Assembly: GCA_038046605.1 (NCBI GenBank)
Contig: JBBSVW010000062.1
Location: 1-10,016, forward strand
Source: Candidatus Micrarchaeota archaeon
Lineage (GTDB): Archaea; Micrarchaeota; Micrarchaeia; Norongarragalinales; SBBD01
Direction: 5' to 3'
DNA: 10,016 nt
The position numbers and the translations under genes are program-made. Positions 6,054-10,016 of the stretch are shown here, in pieces. Positions within the stretch are counted from its first letter, which is position 1. The number at the start of each line of letters is the position of its first letter. The notes beneath the pieces were generated by a model. The model searched no databases. It saw nothing but the letters and a program-made list of their open reading frames with translations, and was not told where the DNA came from.

Positions 6054-6133
6054 GCCCTCGGCAATCCGCTGATGGGCTTCTTTCCTGCGGGTCAGCAGCT
6101 CGCCAGGAAGGACGGGCATTTTTCTCTACTTTT
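6041..6133 (+). promoter_or_regulatory. Attenuator-like region: alternative hairpins followed by a U-rich tract
   Basis: Hairpin A AAGCCC-TCGGC/GCTGA-t-GGGCTT (6052-6079). Hairpin B TCTTTCCTG-CGGG/CTCG-c-CAGGAAGGA (6079-6112). Competing pairings GCTGAT(6068-6073)/GTCAGC(6091-6096) and TTTCTGGC(6041-6048)/GCCAGGAA(6102-6109). TTTTTCTCTACTTTT at 6119-6133. Confidence 0.62.
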
Positions 6134-6170
6134 AGCTTTACCCCTGTCAATCAACAAATAGGTGAATGAA

Positions 6171-7187
6171 ATGATCATAGTAATGAAGCCGGAGGCTACG
6201 AAGGAGGAAATAGAGCATGTGAAAAGCGTGGTGGAAAAGCACGGCCTTGGCATCCACAAGCTGAGCCGGGGCGTGAAGCAAACGGTCATTGGGCTGGTGG
6301 GAAACACCCGCGCGATCTCTGAGAAGCAGTTTGAGATTTTGGACGGTGTGGAGGAAGTCGTGCGCGTGCAGAAGGCATACAAGCTCGCGTCGCGCGAGTT
6401 CCAGAAGGAAAATACAATGGTGGAAGTGGACGGGGTAAAGATAGGCGGGGAAGAAATAGTTGTGATTGCGGGGCCGTGCGCAGTCGAGAGCAGGGACCAA
6501 TTTCTTGAGGCGGCGCTTGCGGTGAAAAAAAGTGGCGCAAAGATATTGCGGGGAAGCATATTCAAGCCGCGCACCTCGCCCTACGATTTCCAGGGAATCG
6601 GCACGGACGGCTTGAAGCTGCTGGAAGAGGCGCGGGATGCAACCGGCTTGCTGATTGAAACGGAGGTGATGCACCCAGAGCACGTGCGGATGGTTGCACC
6701 GTACGTAGACATGCTCAGGATCGGTGCCAGGAACATGCAGAACTTCGACCTGCTTAAGCAGGTGGGAAGAAGCGAAAAGCCCGCGATCCTGAAGAGGGGG
6801 CTTTCCGCAACCATACACGAATTCCTGATGGCGGCGGAATACATCCTAAGCGAAGGCAACCCCAACGTAATTTTGTGCGAGCGCGGCATAAGGACATTCG
6901 TTACGGAGACACGGAACACGCTGGATTTGAACGCGGTTCCGCTGGTAAAATCACTCACGCACCTGCCGATAATTGTGGACCCCTCGCATGGAACCGGAAA
7001 ATACGAACTGGTCGAGCCCATGAGCATGGCTTCGATTGCAGCCGGAGCAGACGGCCTGATGATAGAGGTGCACCCGCGGCCTGAGGAAGCACTGAGCGAC
7101 GGGCCGCAGCAATTGACGCCGAAGAGGTTCGGGGTGCTGATGCAGAATTGCCGGAAGGTCGCGGAAGCGGTTGGGAGGAGGATGTAA
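6171..7187 (+). CDS. aroF: 3-deoxy-7-phosphoheptulonate (DAHP) synthase, type I-beta with N-terminal regulatory (ACT/ferredoxin-like) domain
   Basis: MIIVMK N-terminal domain as in the Thermotoga-type enzyme; [57 protein letters not shown]...SDGPQ. ATG 6171 follows an AGGTGA ribosome-binding site. Confidence 0.95.
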   Translation: MIIVMKPEATKEEIEHVKSVVEKHGLGIHKLSRGVKQTVIGLVGNTRAISEKQFEILDGVEEVVRVQKAYKLASREFQKENTMVEVDGVKIGGEEIVVIAGPCAVESRDQFLEAALAVKKSGAKILRGSIFKPRTSPYDFQGIGTDGLKLLEEARDATGLLIETEVMHPEHVRMVAPYVDMLRIGARNMQNFDLLKQVGRSEKPAILKRGLSATIHEFLMAAEYILSEGNPNVILCERGIRTFVTETRNTLDLNAVPLVKSLTHLPIIVDPSHGTGKYELVEPMSMASIAAGADGLMIEVHPRPEEALSDGPQQLTPKRFGVLMQNCRKVAEAVGRRM

Positions 7188-7188
7188 A

Positions 7189-8262
7189 ATGGACGAAATT
7201 GCACTCGAAGTGAAGGGAGAAAGCAAGAAGTGCAGAATCCTAGTGGACGGCCGTGCGAAGGAAGCGATGGAAATTGCGGATGCACTGCACCCATCCAAAA
7301 TCGCGATAATCTGCTCCCCCAACACAAGGAGGATAGCAGAAGGCCTTGCGGATGAGGCAAAAAACGCAGCAATAATTCAGGTTTCCGACGGGGAGCGGGC
7401 GAAAAATTTGGGGTCTGTGGAAAGGCTGTATTCTTCGTTCCTGAAGGCGCGCTTGAACAGGAAATCCGTTGCGATAATCGTGGGGGGAGGCTCGCTCGGA
7501 GATACTGCCGCGTTCGCATGCTCGACTTTCATGCGCGGCATCCGGTTCATTCAGGTTCCGACAACCCTGCTGGCAATGGCCGACAGCAGCATCGGCGGCA
7601 AAAACGGCGTCAATTTCATGGGAAAGAACCTGGTAGGGACATTCGCGCAGCCATCAGCAGTGGTGATTGATTTTTCCCTCCTGAAAACGCTTCCGAGAGC
7701 GCAGATTCAAAACGGGATTGCCGAAATAGTGAAGTGCGGCTGCATCCGCGATGGGGCGCTTTTCAGTTTCATGGGCAAGAACGCTGGAAAAATTATTGGG
7801 CTGGAAGCGGAAGCGCTAGAATTCGCCGTCTCACGCGCAATAAAAATCAAAATGGGGATCGTTTCCAAGGATGAGACGGAAGAGCTGCACGGAAGCGGGA
7901 AGGGCCGCATGCTGCTTAATTTCGGCCATACGGTAGGGCATGCGCTGGAGAGAATAAGCAACTACGGGCTCCAGCACGGGGAAGCGGTTGCAATAGGAAT
8001 GGTAAAAGAAGCGGAAATTTGCGAACGGCTGGGAATTTGCGAAATCGGGACATCGGAAAAAATCGGCAAACTCCTGGAAAAATTCGGCCTGCCAACGCGG
8101 ATTGCTGGAAAAATCCCATTGCAAAAATTAGTTGCGCGGATGAGATTGGACAAGAAGAACATCTCGGGTAAAATCAGGCTTGCAGGGCTGCGGAAAATAG
8201 GGGAAGGGACAATTGTTGAAAATGTTGATGAACGCATGATTCGCGGGGTTTTGGGAAGATGA
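7189..8262 (+). CDS. aroB: 3-dehydroquinate synthase
   Basis: DGERAK, GGGSLGDTAAF, FMRGIRFIQVPTTLLAMADSSIGGKNGVN, KNLVGTFAQP, AEIVK, LNFGHTVGHALE, HGEAVAIGM, DKK. ATG 7189 lies just after the aroF stop. Confidence 0.95.
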   Translation: MDEIALEVKGESKKCRILVDGRAKEAMEIADALHPSKIAIICSPNTRRIAEGLADEAKNAAIIQVSDGERAKNLGSVERLYSSFLKARLNRKSVAIIVGGGSLGDTAAFACSTFMRGIRFIQVPTTLLAMADSSIGGKNGVNFMGKNLVGTFAQPSAVVIDFSLLKTLPRAQIQNGIAEIVKCGCIRDGALFSFMGKNAGKIIGLEAEALEFAVSRAIKIKMGIVSKDETEELHGSGKGRMLLNFGHTVGHALERISNYGLQHGEAVAIGMVKEAEICERLGICEIGTSEKIGKLLEKFGLPTRIAGKIPLQKLVARMRLDKKNISGKIRLAGLRKIGEGTIVENVDERMIRGVLGR

Positions 8263-9416
8263 ACATTGCATTGGTGGGATTGATGGGTGCCGGGAAGAGC
8301 AGCGTCGGAAGGGCAGTTGCACGCCGGCTGAAAATGAGATTCGCAGACACGGATGAGATGATTGAGATGGCGCAATGCGCAACAATTGCGCAAATTTTCG
8401 AGTCGCAGGGCGAGGAGGCATTCAGGCAAATGGAAAAACTGGCAATCCGGAGCGCCGCGTCGGAGGAAAATGCGGTGATCTCAACAGGCGGAGGCGCATT
8501 GCTATTGGCGGAAAATCTCCAGGCCCTAAGGGAGAATTCGGTGTTGTTCTACTTGAAGGCGAGGCCGGAGGTGCTTGCAGAGCGTATCAAGAATAACTTG
8601 GAGAGGCCGCTTCTCACGGGAATGGGCAAAACGGCCAAAATAACGCGTCTCCTGAAGCATCGGGAGGAAAAATACCTGCAGGCGGATTTCGTTATCGATG
8701 CGAATGGCCCGATCGAAAGCACTTCCGCAATAATTTTACATAAATTAAAATCGAAAGCGGCGCTGGTGGCAGTGATTGCGGAAGAGGATATTGGCGCACT
8801 TCTCAGGAAAATCAATGCCGCTAAAAAAAGGGGGGCCGAAATTGCGGAGTTGAGGCTCGACTTCATGAAATCGCCCACGCCAGAGAATGTGAAAAAGGCC
8901 GTTTCAAAATGCCGGAAAGCGGGATTGAAATGCATAATCACTTGCAGGGAAAAGCGAGAGGGCGGCAAGTGGAAAATTGCAAATAAAATGGAATTGCTGA
9001 AAAAGGCCTTGGAAGACGGAGCGGATTTTATCGATCTGGAATTTTCCCTCGGAAAAATTGCTGATTTTCCCAAATCTAAAGTGATCGTTTCGTACCATAA
9101 TCTCAGAAAAACACCACCATTGGGAATTCTTATTCGGCTTATGGAAAAAATGAGCAAGGCCGGTAAAATTGTGAAAATCGTGTGCAAAACGCCCAACTTT
9201 GAAGATCAAAAAGCGCTTATGCGGCTGCTGGAAACAGCAAAAAAAAGGCAAATAAGATTGATCGCATTTGGCGTGGGAAGGGGCTCGAAGAGGAGCCGAA
9301 TCGTTGCAAGCCTGACGGGCTCGCGTTTCGTGTATGGGCATCTAGGTTTTTCGGTAGCTGAAGGGCAGCCAAGCTTTTCCGAGTTGAAAGGGGTGTTCGA
9401 TGGATGGAAGGGATGA
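8259..9416 (+). CDS. Bifunctional shikimate kinase (AroK, P-loop type) / type I 3-dehydroquinate dehydratase (AroD) fusion
   Basis: N-terminal ~165 aa: GLMGAGKSSVGR, FADTD, IFESQGEEAFRQME, VISTGGG, RPLL. C-terminal part: AELRLD, ITCREKREGG, DFIDLE, IVSYHN, IVKIV, SRI, AEGQ. Confidence 0.9.
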   Translation: MNIALVGLMGAGKSSVGRAVARRLKMRFADTDEMIEMAQCATIAQIFESQGEEAFRQMEKLAIRSAASEENAVISTGGGALLLAENLQALRENSVLFYLKARPEVLAERIKNNLERPLLTGMGKTAKITRLLKHREEKYLQADFVIDANGPIESTSAIILHKLKSKAALVAVIAEEDIGALLRKINAAKKRGAEIAELRLDFMKSPTPENVKKAVSKCRKAGLKCIITCREKREGGKWKIANKMELLKKALEDGADFIDLEFSLGKIADFPKSKVIVSYHNLRKTPPLGILIRLMEKMSKAGKIVKIVCKTPNFEDQKALMRLLETAKKRQIRLIAFGVGRGSKRSRIVASLTGSRFVYGHLGFSVAEGQPSFSELKGVFDGWKG

Positions 9417-10016
9417 AGGTTTTCGGGGTGATGGGAGGCGAAGGGGTAGCGGAGCATTCTCTCAGCCCTAGAATCTGGAATGCAGTATTCAGGAAGAGAA
9501 AAATTAACGCGGTTTACGGTGCCTTTGAAGTAAGGGAGAAGGAGTTGGCGCGAGCGGTGGAGGGAATCCGAACTCTCGGCATATCCGGGGTGAACATCAC
9601 AACTCCGCACAAAATTAAGGCCGTGAAATTTATTGATGAAATCTCTCCCGAAGTTGGAAGAATCGGCGCAGTAAACACAATTTCCAATAAAAATGGAATT
9701 CTCAGGGGATTCAACACGGATGCGAGCGCGCTGAAAAGGTTATTGCGAAACGAAAAAAAAGGGAAGGTGGTGATACTCGGCGCAGGCGGTGCTGCACGTG
9801 CGGCAGCGTTTGCGGCAGCTACGGCGGGAGAAATAATTATGGCAAACCACACCCCCTCAAACGCGATAGAAATTATTCGAAAAATGGGGTTGTCGATGAA
9901 TGCCAGAGCGCATGTGCTGAATGGGCTGGAGGCCGGAATCACCGATACGGACATAGTCATCAATTGCACTCCGATAGGGATGTACGCATCCGGAACCCCG
10001 CTTGAAGCAAGATTGC
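9413..10016 (+). CDS. aroE: Shikimate dehydrogenase (3' end beyond the window; not in the ORF track)
   Basis: Manual translation gives MKVFGVMG..HSLSPRIWN, GVNITTPHK, IGAVNTI, GFNTD, VVILGAGGAARA, DIVINCTPIGM. ATGA overlap with the upstream stop; an alternative in-frame ATG is at 9404. The frame is open to the window end. Confidence 0.93.
   Translation, partial: MKVFGVMGGEGVAEHSLSPRIWNAVFRKRKINAVYGAFEVREKELARAVEGIRTLGISGVNITTPHKIKAVKFIDEISPEVGRIGAVNTISNKNGILRGFNTDASALKRLLRNEKKGKVVILGAGGAARAAAFAAATAGEIIMANHTPSNAIEIIRKMGLSMNARAHVLNGLEAGITDTDIVINCTPIGMYASGTPLEARL

Noticed and set aside
6092-9969. Numerous minus-strand and alternate-frame ORFs over the aro genes (e.g. 6581-7519, 8549-9196, 9514-9969)
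   Set aside because: They are shadows of well-supported + strand enzymes and have no independent motifs.

Overview
This is an archaeal core-genome window, with all supported genes on the + strand. The lineage is possibly DPANN/Micrarchaeota-like, which is inference only. Bases ~250-5800 hold the conserved cluster tRNA-Ser, rps13, rps4, rps11, rpoD (Rpo3), tRNA-Leu, rpl18e, rpl13, rps9, rpoN (Rpo10), with two extra genes (DUF167 and a Zn-ribbon protein). From 6171 to the end runs a bacterial-style shikimate operon: DAHP synthase, aroB, an aroK-aroD fusion and aroE (truncated by the window edge). Three things are not visible in the ORF track. (1) A 24-codon leader peptide, MAREVLSKSVSAGFSSFGYFYFWQ, ends in a Phe/Tyr/Trp cluster, sits ~25 nt behind an archaeal BRE/TATA-like promoter, and is followed by mutually exclusive hairpins and a U-tract. 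It is a candidate ribosome-mediated attenuator in an archaeon. (2) Both tRNAs carry two introns each, mostly at non-canonical positions, including a 248-nt multi-branched T-loop intron in tRNA-Leu(GAG). (3) A palindromic element with terminal inverted repeats occurs upstream of tRNA-Ser and, inverted and with compensatory base changes, inside the tRNA-Leu intron.
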